A stretch of DNA of 64,000 nucleotides. Origin: Oligoflexales bacterium (GTDB taxonomy: Bacteria; Bdellovibrionota_B; Oligoflexia; Oligoflexales; JAPPIL01). Below are positions 49,201-59,557 of this stretch, piece by piece (within the stretch, counting starts at the first letter, position 1; each line of letters starts with the position of its first letter). The notes below the pieces were generated by a model. That model saw only the letters and a program-made list of their open reading frames with translations. It did no database searches and was not told the origin of the DNA. The position numbers and the translations under genes were made by a program. The stretch spans positions 928,001 through 992,000 of the forward strand of contig OZ244057.1 of assembly GCA_965215515.1 (NCBI GenBank), given 5' to 3'.

Positions 49201-49298
49201 TCTCCCTCGCTCTTCAGTGTAGCACAGCCACGGTTAGCGACAACATCCCTTGTGCAACGTAACTCCTTGCGCTAGGATTATCCCCTTTCACCGCGAGC

Positions 49299-50459
49299 GT
49301 GGCGACCGCAGTGCGCACGTCAGATGGTTATCTTGCTATACCTTTGGCTACGGGCGTGGGAGAGAAGGACTGCCAGCTGCTGCAATTGCTAAACGCTGAG
49401 TTCGCTCCCGCCGACATGTCGGTCTCCGTGCACGCAGGCAGTGCTACGCTGCGGTTGCGAGCCATCGACATCGGTAGACTGCGGCAGGCGGTCGCCGAAT
49501 TGTCCGCGCAAGCGGAGAGCGGGGTACTCGCCGCGCTGCTCGCTGCGGTCGAGAACATCAAGAGCTATGGCATGCGGGCAGGCAAACGTTATTTCGTCAA
49601 CTACGCCGACGAACGCAAAGTCGTGCACCGCGGTGCCAAAGAACTGCGGCGCGGCAAGCATTACTACGCCAACGATCATGCTTACGCGGGAAACAACCGC
49701 CGTCCGCCGCATCACCTTATCGACAAAATCATCACCGCCGACGCGGCAGAAGTACTCCCCGACTTGCCCGACAACTGTGTCGATTTGGTCTTTACTTCTC
49801 CCCCCTACAACTTTGGTTTGGACTACAGCAAAAGCGACGACGACATGCGCTGGGAAGAGTATTTTCAAAAACTCTTCGCTATCTTTGATGAATGTATCAG
49901 AGTGTTGAAATTCGGCGGGCGGATCGTGGTCAATGTACAACCGCTGTTTTCCGACTATATTCCCAGCCACCACATTATCAGTTCTTTTTTTATGCGGCGG
50001 CGTTTAATTTGGAAGGGCGAATTACTGTGGGAAAAGAACAACTACAACTGCAAGTACACCGCGTGGGGAAGTTGGAAAAGCCCCGCCAGTCCCTACCTGA
50101 AGTACACGTGGGAGTTTGTGGAGATATTCGCCAAAGGCTCTTTGCGGAGCGACGGCAGCAAAGACGATGCGGATATCAGTGCTGAGGAGTTCAAGCGCTG
50201 GGTCAATGCCAAGTGGAGCATCGCCCCTGAGCGTAACATGCAGGACTACGGTCATCCCGCGATGTTTCCCGAAGAGCTCGCGACGCGAGTGCTCAAGCTT
50301 TTTAGTTTTGCCCACAGTTTTGTTCTCGATCCTTTCGTCGGTGTCGGCACTACGGCGGTGGCGGCACGAAAACTACAGCGCCACTATCTCGGCATCGACA
50401 TCTCGCCGCAATACTGTCGCACAGCCACCGCCCGACTTCAGGGGCGACTGACTAAATAG
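49299..50459 (+). CDS. Site-specific DNA methyltransferase (N4/N6, beta class)
   Basis: TSPPY precedes HPAMFP and DPFVGVGTT; about 140-aa N-terminal extension. Confidence 0.92.
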   Translation: MATAVRTSDGYLAIPLATGVGEKDCQLLQLLNAEFAPADMSVSVHAGSATLRLRAIDIGRLRQAVAELSAQAESGVLAALLAAVENIKSYGMRAGKRYFVNYADERKVVHRGAKELRRGKHYYANDHAYAGNNRRPPHHLIDKIITADAAEVLPDLPDNCVDLVFTSPPYNFGLDYSKSDDDMRWEEYFQKLFAIFDECIRVLKFGGRIVVNVQPLFSDYIPSHHIISSFFMRRRLIWKGELLWEKNNYNCKYTAWGSWKSPASPYLKYTWEFVEIFAKGSLRSDGSKDDADISAEEFKRWVNAKWSIAPERNMQDYGHPAMFPEELATRVLKLFSFAHSFVLDPFVGVGTTAVAARKLQRHYLGIDISPQYCRTATARLQGRLTK

Positions 50460-52162
50460 CGCAAACTTTGCAGCAGCAGGGTGCGATCGTGCACCAGCAC
50501 TTCTCGGTAGGGATTTTGTAGTAGTTGGAAAACTTCTTCTTGCTGCGTGCTGATTTCTGCCAGTTTTTCCAACACGATCTCCTGTTCGGCAAGTTTTAGT
50601 GAACTCAGCAGGACGACAGCCCCACTGCCAAGAATAACGACGGCGGGGATGCCCGTGCGCAGGGTGCGGCTGAGCAGGCGCGTGCGTCCCAGCTTAACGA
50701 ACAGCCCGTTCCAAGCTTCCACTATTTTGCTCGCTGTCTCGCCTAAGATCCCCACAGGGCGGCTATCGAATATTTTTTGCAACAATCCCCGTCGTGCTCG
50801 CCAGATTTTACGCCCTCCGCTCCCCTCCCTGATCCCACGTCCTCCCTCGTTAACGAGGTGGGTGTCGAAGTCGAACCCGTCCCAGCGTGAGGGGGGGATT
50901 ACGGCGGTGCGGGAAAATCTCCCCACGGCGTGTTTCAAGGTCGCGGGGGCGGAAGTAGCGGTCGCGACGATTGCCGCGGCCAGTAGGCTGGTACGCTGTC
51001 CTGCTGCTTCCTCTCGCAAAGTGTGTTCCTCATCGTGCAGTCGTTTACGATTGCTCTCGATCAGAGCGAGAGGGAAGTAGCGTCCGCCGAGCAAGTCCTC
51101 ACACACCGAGCTGGCGACAGAACAGAGACGAAACCTCGCCACCCGCTCGTCGTCACGTTGCACGTACTCAGCTTGTAAACGCAGCTCTTCTTCGCCACGC
51201 AGCCCCGCGGTGACCTCGCCCTGCCCCAGCAGCAGATCGCGCCGCGCCAGAGCTACATACTCGGCCAGCAGGCGTTCGTCACGCGTGCCGAGGGGCAAGA
51301 ATTTAAGCCCTATCCGCCGTCCCCAAGTGCGGAGATAGGCCGCACCCAGACCTGCGCGCAGGCTGTGGTTGTGCCGACTGGGGAGGGCGATGATGATGCC
51401 GCGCTGCTGATGGGCGTATTCCTCGCCGTATTCGGCTCTGCTCATGCCAAAACCGAGTGCCCAATCTCTGTGGCGGCTCTTGGTGTAGGTGAAGGGGCCG
51501 CCGAGATAGTTCATGCGGTAACGATAGTTGCCCCACCGCCAGGTAAACAATGCCCCCGCACCGTAGCCAGCCTCTGCTTCCAGTGCGGTCTGTAGCCAGT
51601 GACGACCATTGTTCGCATAGCAGTATTCCACTGCAATGTCGCCTCCGAAGGCGGCGACCAAGCCCAGCCCCAATCGTCCCGCGACGCTGTAGCAAGTGGT
51701 GGTCGGCTTAACGAAACGGTACAGCAGGGTGCGTACCCGATCGCCGTGTGCGCTGGTATAAGCGGTGATGAAACGTGCTTGTGCGTGGCGCGCAACTTGT
51801 TCTCGTGCCGTGTCACGCCGATAGGCTTGGCAACGCTGTAGCTGTGCTGCGGCCGCGAGAGGTGTGTTGAAGTTGAGGGGTGCGAGGATTTCCGCCGCCA
51901 CCCGCGTGCCAGCCAGTCCTCCCACCTGCCGCTCGACCAGTGCCCGCACACAATCGAGCACGAGAACGTACACGTGCTCCTCGCGCATCTGTGTCTCTGC
52001 CTCGCCCTGCCACAAACTCGCCGCTGCCAGCTGCAACTCCCGCACATCGTCGGTGCCGAACAGCACCCGCAGGTCATCGCTGACCTGCACCTGGTGTTCA
52101 TCAGCCTCAGCCGCACCCGCTCCCGTCACCAGCAACAGCAATAACACCGACCGCAACCTCAT
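50438..52162 (-). CDS. Secreted hypothetical protein
   Basis: 574-aa ORF, signal peptide, Gly/aromatic beta-rich middle, C-terminal hydrophobic segment. Confidence 0.65.
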   Translation of the reverse strand: MRLRSVLLLLLVTGAGAAEADEHQVQVSDDLRVLFGTDDVRELQLAAASLWQGEAETQMREEHVYVLVLDCVRALVERQVGGLAGTRVAAEILAPLNFNTPLAAAAQLQRCQAYRRDTAREQVARHAQARFITAYTSAHGDRVRTLLYRFVKPTTTCYSVAGRLGLGLVAAFGGDIAVEYCYANNGRHWLQTALEAEAGYGAGALFTWRWGNYRYRMNYLGGPFTYTKSRHRDWALGFGMSRAEYGEEYAHQQRGIIIALPSRHNHSLRAGLGAAYLRTWGRRIGLKFLPLGTRDERLLAEYVALARRDLLLGQGEVTAGLRGEEELRLQAEYVQRDDERVARFRLCSVASSVCEDLLGGRYFPLALIESNRKRLHDEEHTLREEAAGQRTSLLAAAIVATATSAPATLKHAVGRFSRTAVIPPSRWDGFDFDTHLVNEGGRGIREGSGGRKIWRARRGLLQKIFDSRPVGILGETASKIVEAWNGLFVKLGRTRLLSRTLRTGIPAVVILGSGAVVLLSSLKLAEQEIVLEKLAEISTQQEEVFQLLQNPYREVLVHDRTLLLQSLRYLVSRP

Positions 52163-52338
52163 ACAAAACCACCCCCGCTTCCGTCGGATAACTATCGATT
52201 ACAGCTAGGCAGGGGACACTACCACTCGCTTCCTTCACCTGTCAAACGGGAGTTACAAGGAACAGAGGGAGAAGACATCTCCTGTGTAACTATTCATAAT
52301 AAAAATGTTTTTTTATTATTTTTGTGAAAATACCACAA

Positions 52339-52354
52339 TGTTTCACGTGAAACA
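52339..52354. promoter_or_regulatory. parS site (perfect)
   Basis: TGTTTCACGTGAAACA, the canonical parS palindrome. Confidence 0.9.
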
Positions 52355-52415
52355 TCGCGACATTAGGGAGAAACTGGAGAAGGGACGATGCGGTACGTCT
52401 TCGTCATGAGCTAGA

Positions 52416-52431
52416 TGTTGCACGTGGAACA
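52416..52431. promoter_or_regulatory. parS site (variant)
   Basis: TGTTGCACGTGGAACA. Confidence 0.75.
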
Positions 52432-52436
52432 TCTCC

Positions 52437-52445
52437 TGTGGATAA
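52437..52445 (-). promoter_or_regulatory. DnaA box
   Basis: TGTGGATAA, i.e. TTATCCACA on the minus strand. Confidence 0.75.
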
Positions 52446-52660
52446 CAGGGGAGTTTTCGCGAACAAAAGTTCTATTTCGTCGTGTAAAGCGGGCAAAAAG
52501 ATATTTTTACGGGCTGAATTGAACTTTTTTCAGAAAAAACGATTTATTTTGCTAACAAACGTATATTTTTAGCAAAAAACTACTCATTTTAGTCGAAAAC
52601 GAGCAAAAATGCTCAGATCTGATCCTAAAAATTAAATTCTGCCGCGCTATCTACGTATTT

Positions 52661-52676
52661 TGTGACACGTGAAACA
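52661..52676. promoter_or_regulatory. parS-like site (degenerate)
   Basis: TGTGACACGTGAAACA, 14/16 match. Confidence 0.6.
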
Positions 52677-52682
52677 CACACC

Positions 52683-52701
52683 TGTGGATAACTGTGGATA
52701 A
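52683..52701 (-). promoter_or_regulatory. Two tandem perfect DnaA boxes
   Basis: TGTGGATAA-C-TGTGGATAA. Confidence 0.8.
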
Positions 52702-52725
52702 CTTACCATGCGGCTGGAGCGAAGA

Positions 52726-52741
52726 TGTTTCACGTGAAACA
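52726..52741. promoter_or_regulatory. parS site (perfect)
   Basis: TGTTTCACGTGAAACA. Confidence 0.9.
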
Positions 52742-52823
52742 TTTTCACGACATGACAAATTTAGATAATTTTACAAGTAATAACAGATACTTATATGTAT
52801 CAGGGGCGAGGCATGCGGCTGAA

Positions 52824-54215
52824 TCAGCGCGGGGCGAGCATCTGTTCTGGTTGCACCCAGGCATCGAACTGTGCCGCGGTGGCATATCCTAGTTGTTGCG
52901 CCGCTTGCTTGAGTGTCAAACCTTGTTCGTAAGCGGTTTTGGCTACCAGTGCCGCCTTGTCGTAGCCGATATGGGGATTGAGGGCAGTGACCAGCATCAG
53001 GGAGTTGTGCAGATGGTGTCGCAGGGTTGCGCGGTCAGGCTCGATCCCCGCGAGGCAGTTGGAGTTGAAACTATCCATGCTGTCCGTCAGCAGCTGGATC
53101 GACTCCAGCACGTTGTGCAGTATGACGGGCTTGAAGACATTGAGTTGCAACTGCCCCTGACTGCCCGCAATGGCCACCGCGGTGTCGTTACCCATTACCT
53201 GTGCACAGACCATCGTCAAGGCTTCACACTGCGTCGGATTGACTTTGCCTGGCATGATCGAGCTGCCTGGCTCGTTGGCTGGCAGGCGCAGTTCGCCGAT
53301 ACCACCCCGCGGCCCGCTGCCGAGCAGACGAATGTCGGAGGCCAGCTTCATGCAGGCGACGGCGACGAGTTTCAGTGCCGCACTGACATTGACCAGAGCA
53401 TCGTGGGCGGCGAGCAGATGAAACTTGTCCGCCGCACTGACGAAAGGGTACTTACTCAAGCGAGCGATGTGGGCGGCAACCTTCACGTCATAGCCACGCG
53501 GTGCGTTAAGCCCCGTGCCCACCGCGGTACCGCCGAGCGGGATGGCATAGAGCCGCCCCCCCGCATACTCGACCACCTGTACGGCTTCATCGAGCTGCGC
53601 CTGCCACGCACCGAACTCCTGTCCGAGTGTCAGAGGTGTCGCATCCATGCCATGCGTGCGTCCGAGCTTAACGATGTCCTCGTAAGCGGCACTTTTTTGC
53701 GCCAACGTCGCCCGCAACCTCCGCAGCGACGGTAGTAGTTTTTCCTGCAAGTCATGTACGGTAGCGACATGCATGACGGTGGGGAAACTGTCGTTAGAAG
53801 ACTGCGACTTGTTAACATCGTCGTTGGGGTGAATCGGATTTTTGCTGCCTAACACACCACCGCTGATTTCTATCGCACGGTTGGCAATAACCTCGTTGAC
53901 ATTCATGTTGGTCTGCGTGCCACTACCTGTCTGCCAGACGACGAGAGGAAAATGCTCGTGCAACTCACCTGCCATGATCTCATCGCAGGCCTTGACGATC
54001 AAATCACGCTTGCGGTGCGGCAACACACCGAGCTCACAATTAGCGAGGGCGGCGGCTTTTTTGACTAGAGCAAACGCGCGGATAACCGCAGGGGTAAATT
54101 TTTGTGAGCCGATACGAAAATTGCGCAAAGAACGCTGTGTCTGCGCACCCCAATAGCGATCGCGGGGCACCCCCACCGAACCCATCGCATCCTGTTCAAG
54201 ACGAAAGCTGCCCAT
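52824..54215 (-). CDS. fumC: Fumarate hydratase class II
   Basis: [42 protein letters not shown]. Confidence 0.98.
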   Translation of the reverse strand: MGSFRLEQDAMGSVGVPRDRYWGAQTQRSLRNFRIGSQKFTPAVIRAFALVKKAAALANCELGVLPHRKRDLIVKACDEIMAGELHEHFPLVVWQTGSGTQTNMNVNEVIANRAIEISGGVLGSKNPIHPNDDVNKSQSSNDSFPTVMHVATVHDLQEKLLPSLRRLRATLAQKSAAYEDIVKLGRTHGMDATPLTLGQEFGAWQAQLDEAVQVVEYAGGRLYAIPLGGTAVGTGLNAPRGYDVKVAAHIARLSKYPFVSAADKFHLLAAHDALVNVSAALKLVAVACMKLASDIRLLGSGPRGGIGELRLPANEPGSSIMPGKVNPTQCEALTMVCAQVMGNDTAVAIAGSQGQLQLNVFKPVILHNVLESIQLLTDSMDSFNSNCLAGIEPDRATLRHHLHNSLMLVTALNPHIGYDKAALVAKTAYEQGLTLKQAAQQLGYATAAQFDAWVQPEQMLAPR

Positions 54216-54537
54216 CCTGTGCGGTTTCTCCGTTCAGCTTGACTTGCTTGATAAACGGTAACTTTTTCAAATCAGGTGGTTCTTCGTCAAACTCTTCGAT
54301 GCAGATGACGTTGTGATAGGGGATGTGCAGGCGGTTAGTCTTGGCGAAGCGCCGCCGTGCACTGTCCTCATCGGGCAGAATGATATGGCGACGATGGTCG
54401 TTAAACACCAGACCCTCGATCGCAATCATGCCGAAATACTCGCTCGCCCGCACGGTGGAGGCAACGACCGTGACGGGGTGCTCGGCATTTTTCTCCAAGA
54501 ACTTCACTCGGTAGCGACGACGATTCTCGACCATCAC
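54196..54537 (-). CDS. DUF1820-like protein
   Basis: YRVKF...[11 protein letters not shown]...P.E...F....[14 protein letters not shown] pattern, recognised from memory. Confidence 0.65.
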   Translation of the reverse strand: MMVENRRRYRVKFLEKNAEHPVTVVASTVRASEYFGMIAIEGLVFNDHRRHIILPDEDSARRRFAKTNRLHIPYHNVICIEEFDEEPPDLKKLPFIKQVKLNGETAQDGQLSS

Positions 54538-54579
54538 TCTCCCGCAACGTTAAGCACACATACCGCACCCCACCGACGA

Positions 54580-55107
54580 TCAGAGATTGCGCCGAATTGT
54601 CGTGATCAGATCGCTCACATCCTCGGAAGACAGTTTGCCGCCCTTAGACCACGCGACATTGCCGCTCTTGTCAAAAACTAAAATATGGTAGGAATTATCC
54701 GTCAACCCCCACGCCTTGACCAGCGCCTTGATCTGATCCTTGACATAGGTGGTGTGCGAAAACTCCTCCTGCTTCGCCTTGAGACGCTTGGTGATAAGAA
54801 AATTGGGAATCCAAGTCGCCGCCATGTTGATAATTCCCACCGAATTGTAATGGTCGAGCGGGAAAGACTCCTTCTTGAGTGCCTGCTCAACATGCTCGTT
54901 TAGCTTCTGCTCATCAGGATCGACATAGAACACCGTGTGCACTTTGCCCGTAAGCTCGCTGCTCCTCCACGCCGTACCATCGACACGCCCGCCGTTCCCG
55001 CCTTCCAGTACGATCGCAGGAGCCTGCCGCCCCACCACCAAACCTCGTGCCGAGCCAGCAGCCGCCATCACCGCCACCAACACCAGCACAAAATCTTTAA
55101 AAAACAT
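54580..55107 (-). CDS. YtfJ family protein (thioredoxin-like fold)
   Basis: Signal peptide; WRSSELTGKVHTVFYVDPD; IINM; AWGL. Confidence 0.75.
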   Translation of the reverse strand: MFFKDFVLVLVAVMAAAGSARGLVVGRQAPAIVLEGGNGGRVDGTAWRSSELTGKVHTVFYVDPDEQKLNEHVEQALKKESFPLDHYNSVGIINMAATWIPNFLITKRLKAKQEEFSHTTYVKDQIKALVKAWGLTDNSYHILVFDKSGNVAWSKGGKLSSEDVSDLITTIRRNL

Positions 55108-55286
55108 TGAAATTACCCTCACCAGAAAATAATAATGACCTCCTGCTACAATGGGTGGCGGCTTTTGTAAACAGCTGATTGCACAGATGACGGGAAAGAG
55201 CTAGATTTTTTGCGTTTGATGCCGCAATGACCTATAACTTGCGCGCACGACGGCTAAGTTGTCACCCGCAGTCGTTCGATTAGCAG

Positions 55287-56513
55287 ATGGCGACACTACT
55301 CGGAATTGACCCTAGGAGCACGCGCTTGAAGGCAAAAACATCCGCCAGAGACAAGGGGAAGGACAGGACGGCGGTGACCAAGCTGGCCACAACATCACCC
55401 CCCACCGCCGCTCGTCCTAACCCCAAAAACGTAGCCCGCAACAAAGTGGAAAGTTTTTACCGCACGCTCGAATCGGCACGTGGAAAACGACTGCTCATCT
55501 GTATCAAAGGTTACCCCGACCCCGACGTTATCGGCAGCAGCCTCTGCCTGCGATGGATCGGCTCATTCTTCGACATCGAAGCGACCATCGTGCATTTTGA
55601 GGAAATCTCACACCACGAAAACCGTGCCCTCGTCAAGAAACTCGACATCGAACTGGTGGAATGGAGCCAAGGCTTCGATGTCTCACCCTACGACCACTAC
55701 GCCATCAACGACTCCCAAAGTACCGATATGCCCATCGAGCTGCCACCATCCTGCTCACTGCTGGTCTTCGTCGACCACCACAAGAATATCGGCAGTGCCA
55801 ACGGCGGTTTCGTCGACATACGTGAAGCAGCTGGCTCAACCTCCGCCATCTACACCGAATACGTGATGGAAGGGAGAATCAGCTTTCAGGGCAACAGTGC
55901 CGAAGAAACCAAGGTCGCGACCGCCCTGATGCACGGCATTCGCTCGGACACCGACGATTTCGTCAACGCCACCGCCCTCGATTTTCGCGCCAGCGAATAC
56001 CTCGCCAGCCACGTCGATAAAGACCTGCTGGCTATCATCTCCCGCCAGTCCATTCCCGCCAAAACCATGGACTTGACGCAAGTTGCACTGCAACGCAAGG
56101 ATATCCGCGGCACCTACCTGTTCTCTGGAGTCGGGTTCGTGCGCGACGAAGACCGTGACGGTATCGGGCAGTGCGCTGACTACCTCCTGCACCGCGAAGG
56201 AATCGAAACCGTCGTCGTTTTCGGCGTTATGCGCGGCTACGTCGACGGCTCGCTACGCACCAAATCACATACCCTCGATCCCGACAAATGGATCAAAGAT
56301 GTCTTCGGACAAGACGGACGCGGCTCGTGGTACGGCGGCGGACGTAAAGACAAAGGAGGATTTCAAATTCCACTCGGCATCTTCAGCAAGTGCCACGACA
56401 AAGAACTGCTGTGGATTTTAATCAAAAAGACAATCGACGACCTCTTCTACCAGAAAATCGGAGTCGAAGGTAAAGGTACGCTAGACAGTGATCTGTCACA
56501 AAGTAAAGTCTGA
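55287..56513 (+). CDS. DHH family phosphoesterase
   Basis: PDPDVIGS, VDHH, GIRSDT, GSLRT, GGG motifs. Confidence 0.9.
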   Translation: MATLLGIDPRSTRLKAKTSARDKGKDRTAVTKLATTSPPTAARPNPKNVARNKVESFYRTLESARGKRLLICIKGYPDPDVIGSSLCLRWIGSFFDIEATIVHFEEISHHENRALVKKLDIELVEWSQGFDVSPYDHYAINDSQSTDMPIELPPSCSLLVFVDHHKNIGSANGGFVDIREAAGSTSAIYTEYVMEGRISFQGNSAEETKVATALMHGIRSDTDDFVNATALDFRASEYLASHVDKDLLAIISRQSIPAKTMDLTQVALQRKDIRGTYLFSGVGFVRDEDRDGIGQCADYLLHREGIETVVVFGVMRGYVDGSLRTKSHTLDPDKWIKDVFGQDGRGSWYGGGRKDKGGFQIPLGIFSKCHDKELLWILIKKTIDDLFYQKIGVEGKGTLDSDLSQSKV

Positions 56514-56524
56514 ACGGGAGTACC

Positions 56525-57091
56525 ATGGAAGCATCAAAATTCAACGAAAACATTGAAACAGTCAAGCAGCTGATCGGCAACCTGGTCGATGACCCTGACC
56601 GTGAAGGTCTACTAGACACCCCCCGACGCGTCGCAAAATTCTGGGAACACATGACCGCAGGTTATCGCGAAGACCCCCAGCGGGTAGTTAGCAGTGCTAT
56701 CTACCACGTCGAACACGAAGACATGGTGGTCGTGCGCGATATCGAAATCTACAGCTTGTGCGAGCACCACATGCTGCCCTTCTTCGGGAAATGCCACGTC
56801 GGCTACATCCCCGACGGCAAGATTATCGGCCTGTCCAAAATTCCCCGCCTCATCGACATCTTCAGCCGCCGTCTACAAGTGCAGGAACGCATGGGAGACG
56901 AAATCGGCCAATCCCTAACCCACGCTGTCCAGCCTAAAGGCGTAGGCGTGATCATCGAAGCACACCACCTGTGCATGAAAATGCGCGGCGTGCAAAAACA
57001 AAACTCCTTCACCGTCACCAGCTCAATGCGAGGCTGCTTTCGCAGCGATCTCGGCGTGCGCAACGAATTTATTTCCTTCGTCAAGACTTGA
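56525..57091 (+). CDS. folE: GTP cyclohydrolase I
   Basis: REGLLDTPRRVAK, SLCEHHMLPF, GLSKIPR, RLQVQER, CMKMRG. Confidence 0.98.
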   Translation: MEASKFNENIETVKQLIGNLVDDPDREGLLDTPRRVAKFWEHMTAGYREDPQRVVSSAIYHVEHEDMVVVRDIEIYSLCEHHMLPFFGKCHVGYIPDGKIIGLSKIPRLIDIFSRRLQVQERMGDEIGQSLTHAVQPKGVGVIIEAHHLCMKMRGVQKQNSFTVTSSMRGCFRSDLGVRNEFISFVKT

Positions 57092-57183
57092 CCGCCTGCC
57101 CCGAACCTGTTACGCCAGCGGCGGAGAGAATAATCGGCAGGCGTGTCCTGTCCCGCGCCACGGCAACCGCACCGAGACAGACA

Positions 57184-58593
57184 ATGCTCGACGCTACCGC
57201 CAGACAACAACTTGACCGCACCGTGCATTTCATCTCGCTCGGCTGTGCCCGCAACCTCGTCGATTCTGAAGTCATGATGGGACAACTGCTCGCCCACGGC
57301 TGGCAATTCACCCCCTCTGCCACCCACGCCGATGCCGTGGTTGTCAATACCTGCGGCTTCATCGACAGCGCAGTCAAAGAAAGCATCGACCGCATCATCG
57401 AAGTGGGCACGAACAAACCTGCCCATCAAAAACTGATCGTCGCTGGCTGCCTGACACAAAGATACAAACACCGACTCAAAGAAGGATTGCCCGAAGTCGA
57501 CCTCTTCATCGGCACAGACCAATTCCACCGCATCGCCGAATTTCTCAACGCCCCCCCGCTGCGAGATAAAGTACACGCCGCCCGCAATAACTACATCTAC
57601 TCCGCCGATGCCCCGCGCATCAATACACTGGCACGCGGAAGTGCCTACGTCAAAGTTTCCGAAGGCTGCCAACATCGCTGCAGCTTCTGTATCATCCCCG
57701 CCATTCGCGGCCCGCTGCGCTCCCGCCCCATCTCCGACATCGTGTGCGAGACCGAACAGCTCGTCGCCCAAGGTGTGATCGAAATCATCCTCATCGCCCA
57801 AGACCTCGCCGCTTTCGGCAGAGAACACGGCGACCACGACCTGCTGGCACTGCTACAAGCACTCGCAGCCGTGCCAGGCTTACGCTGGATTCGCCCGCTC
57901 TACATCTATCCCGAACATATCTCGGACGCATTCCTAGACTTTTTCGCCCACGAAGACAAAATCGTCAAATACCTCGACATCCCCGTGCAACACGCTAACG
58001 ACCGTATCCTACGCCTGATGCGGCGTGCTGTCGACCGCCGCGGGTTGGAGAAAATCCTCCAGCGGGTGCGGCGACACGTTCCCCGAGTCGCACTGCGCAC
58101 CTCCGTAATGGTCGGTTTCCCCAGCGAACAAGAGAACGATTTTCACGAGCTGCTCGATTTCATCGCAACACAAGAATTCGACCACCTCGGCTGCTTCACC
58201 TACGCACGTGAACAAAATACCGCTGCCGCACGCCTACCAGGACAAATCGCAGCACCCATCAAACAACAACGCCAACGGCAAATAATGACCCTGCAACGAA
58301 AAATCTCCCGACAAAAACTGCAACACCAAATCGGCACAATACAAGACGTGCTGCTGGAAAGAAAAGCTAGCGAACACTATATCGGACGCACCGCCGCACA
58401 AGCACCCGAAGTCGACGGAGTCGTCTACGTCACAGGCGAAACAAAAATACCGCCCTGCGGTAACCTCATCCGCGCGCAAATTAACGCCGCATCAACCTAC
58501 GACCTAATCGCCACCGCAGAGGGGAGCGAGACACGAGGCGCTGCCCCATATCCCGCCAACTTTTTGAAAGAAATGGGATCAAAAACTAAATAA
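57184..58593 (+). CDS. rimO: Ribosomal protein S12 methylthiotransferase
   Basis: SLGCARNLVDSE, NTCGFI, CQHRCSFC radical SAM motif, APEVDG TRAM domain. Confidence 0.96.
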   Translation: MLDATARQQLDRTVHFISLGCARNLVDSEVMMGQLLAHGWQFTPSATHADAVVVNTCGFIDSAVKESIDRIIEVGTNKPAHQKLIVAGCLTQRYKHRLKEGLPEVDLFIGTDQFHRIAEFLNAPPLRDKVHAARNNYIYSADAPRINTLARGSAYVKVSEGCQHRCSFCIIPAIRGPLRSRPISDIVCETEQLVAQGVIEIILIAQDLAAFGREHGDHDLLALLQALAAVPGLRWIRPLYIYPEHISDAFLDFFAHEDKIVKYLDIPVQHANDRILRLMRRAVDRRGLEKILQRVRRHVPRVALRTSVMVGFPSEQENDFHELLDFIATQEFDHLGCFTYAREQNTAAARLPGQIAAPIKQQRQRQIMTLQRKISRQKLQHQIGTIQDVLLERKASEHYIGRTAAQAPEVDGVVYVTGETKIPPCGNLIRAQINAASTYDLIATAEGSETRGAAPYPANFLKEMGSKTK

Positions 58594-58639
58594 TGTCAGA
58601 AGTATAGATGGCAACAGAAACAGCTGAGGGAGATGCAGA

Positions 58640-59557
58640 ATGAAAATTTTGAGCCTGCTACTCGCATTAACCCTGTCGGCACAATCCCAGGGACAAACAC
58701 AACAACTCGCACGGCAACATCTGCCTCCCTGGAGCAAAAAACTGATAAGTGTCGCCATCGCCAGTGGCCTACTGCTATCATCACCAGTGATGGCACAGGA
58801 ACTACCGCTGAACGCTCAGTTCACCACAACCACCCGCGCCGAACACCTGTCCGTGCTCAACCTCATGTTTATCTCCAACGGAAGACAACGCTCGGGCTAC
58901 TTCGCTTATGTCGGACAAGACCCACAGAATCGCGCCCTCCTCCTCGGCTTGCGACTCAGTGTCACCATCATTCCCTTCGTCGAGGCTGAACTGGTTATCA
59001 ACGCTGACGGAGCAGAGACACTGATCTTCAACCACGAAGGTCTCGCCCTGCGCACCGCAGCAGTGGAGGAAAAACAAGCGTTCCTGCGCCCCGATGTCGA
59101 GCTGGCGAGACTCTACGATATGACCCTGCTCGCCCTAGACGGACTCACGACACAAGACTACCATGCCGTGCAAGTGGGGGCTTTTCCGCCCACAACAACA
59201 CCGCTAGACATCGTCGTCTATCGCACCGACCTACTGCTAGATCCTGGTAAAGACGTGGACTGGGTGGCAGTATACAGCAACGCACCGCTCGCACAAGAAA
59301 AGTGCGTGGCTACCAGCTTCACGCCAGAGCTGTGGTCGGCAAACGGCAACTGTACTACGGGTAGATTTGCTGTGTCGACAACCGCACCGATCTTCACCGC
59401 CGACGACGGCGAACTGGTCGCTTTTGCCTTCTCCGCTACAGAGATGATAGTCATCCCTCCAGAAGTACAAACATACGTGCAAGAAGCACTCGCCATCAAC
59501 TCTACCCAGAAACTCTCCACCACCTGGGGAGCGATCAAGAAAAGAGGAGCACACTGA
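58640..59557 (+). CDS. Secreted hypothetical protein, degenerate trypsin-like fold, C-terminal KLSTTWGAIK
   Basis: Two successive signal-like segments; paralogous to the next gene (GQD, LLxxxGLT, VQxxxFP, C...C, IF). Confidence 0.75.
   Translation: MKILSLLLALTLSAQSQGQTQQLARQHLPPWSKKLISVAIASGLLLSSPVMAQELPLNAQFTTTTRAEHLSVLNLMFISNGRQRSGYFAYVGQDPQNRALLLGLRLSVTIIPFVEAELVINADGAETLIFNHEGLALRTAAVEEKQAFLRPDVELARLYDMTLLALDGLTTQDYHAVQVGAFPPTTTPLDIVVYRTDLLLDPGKDVDWVAVYSNAPLAQEKCVATSFTPELWSANGNCTTGRFAVSTTAPIFTADDGELVAFAFSATEMIVIPPEVQTYVQEALAINSTQKLSTTWGAIKKRGAH

Noticed and set aside
50438..52162. Restriction endonuclease partner of the methyltransferase
   Set aside because: It has a signal peptide and no nuclease motif.
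52210..52820. Firm oriC call from a GC-skew switch
   Set aside because: The plus strand is C-rich again from about 54.5 kb, which fits an origin beyond gyrA equally well. Skew cannot be computed here.
56803..57837. Long antisense ORFs (also 27737-28546, 52893-53735, 45410-46084)
   Set aside because: They lie opposite well-supported genes and have no motifs, as expected for GC-rich shadow ORFs.
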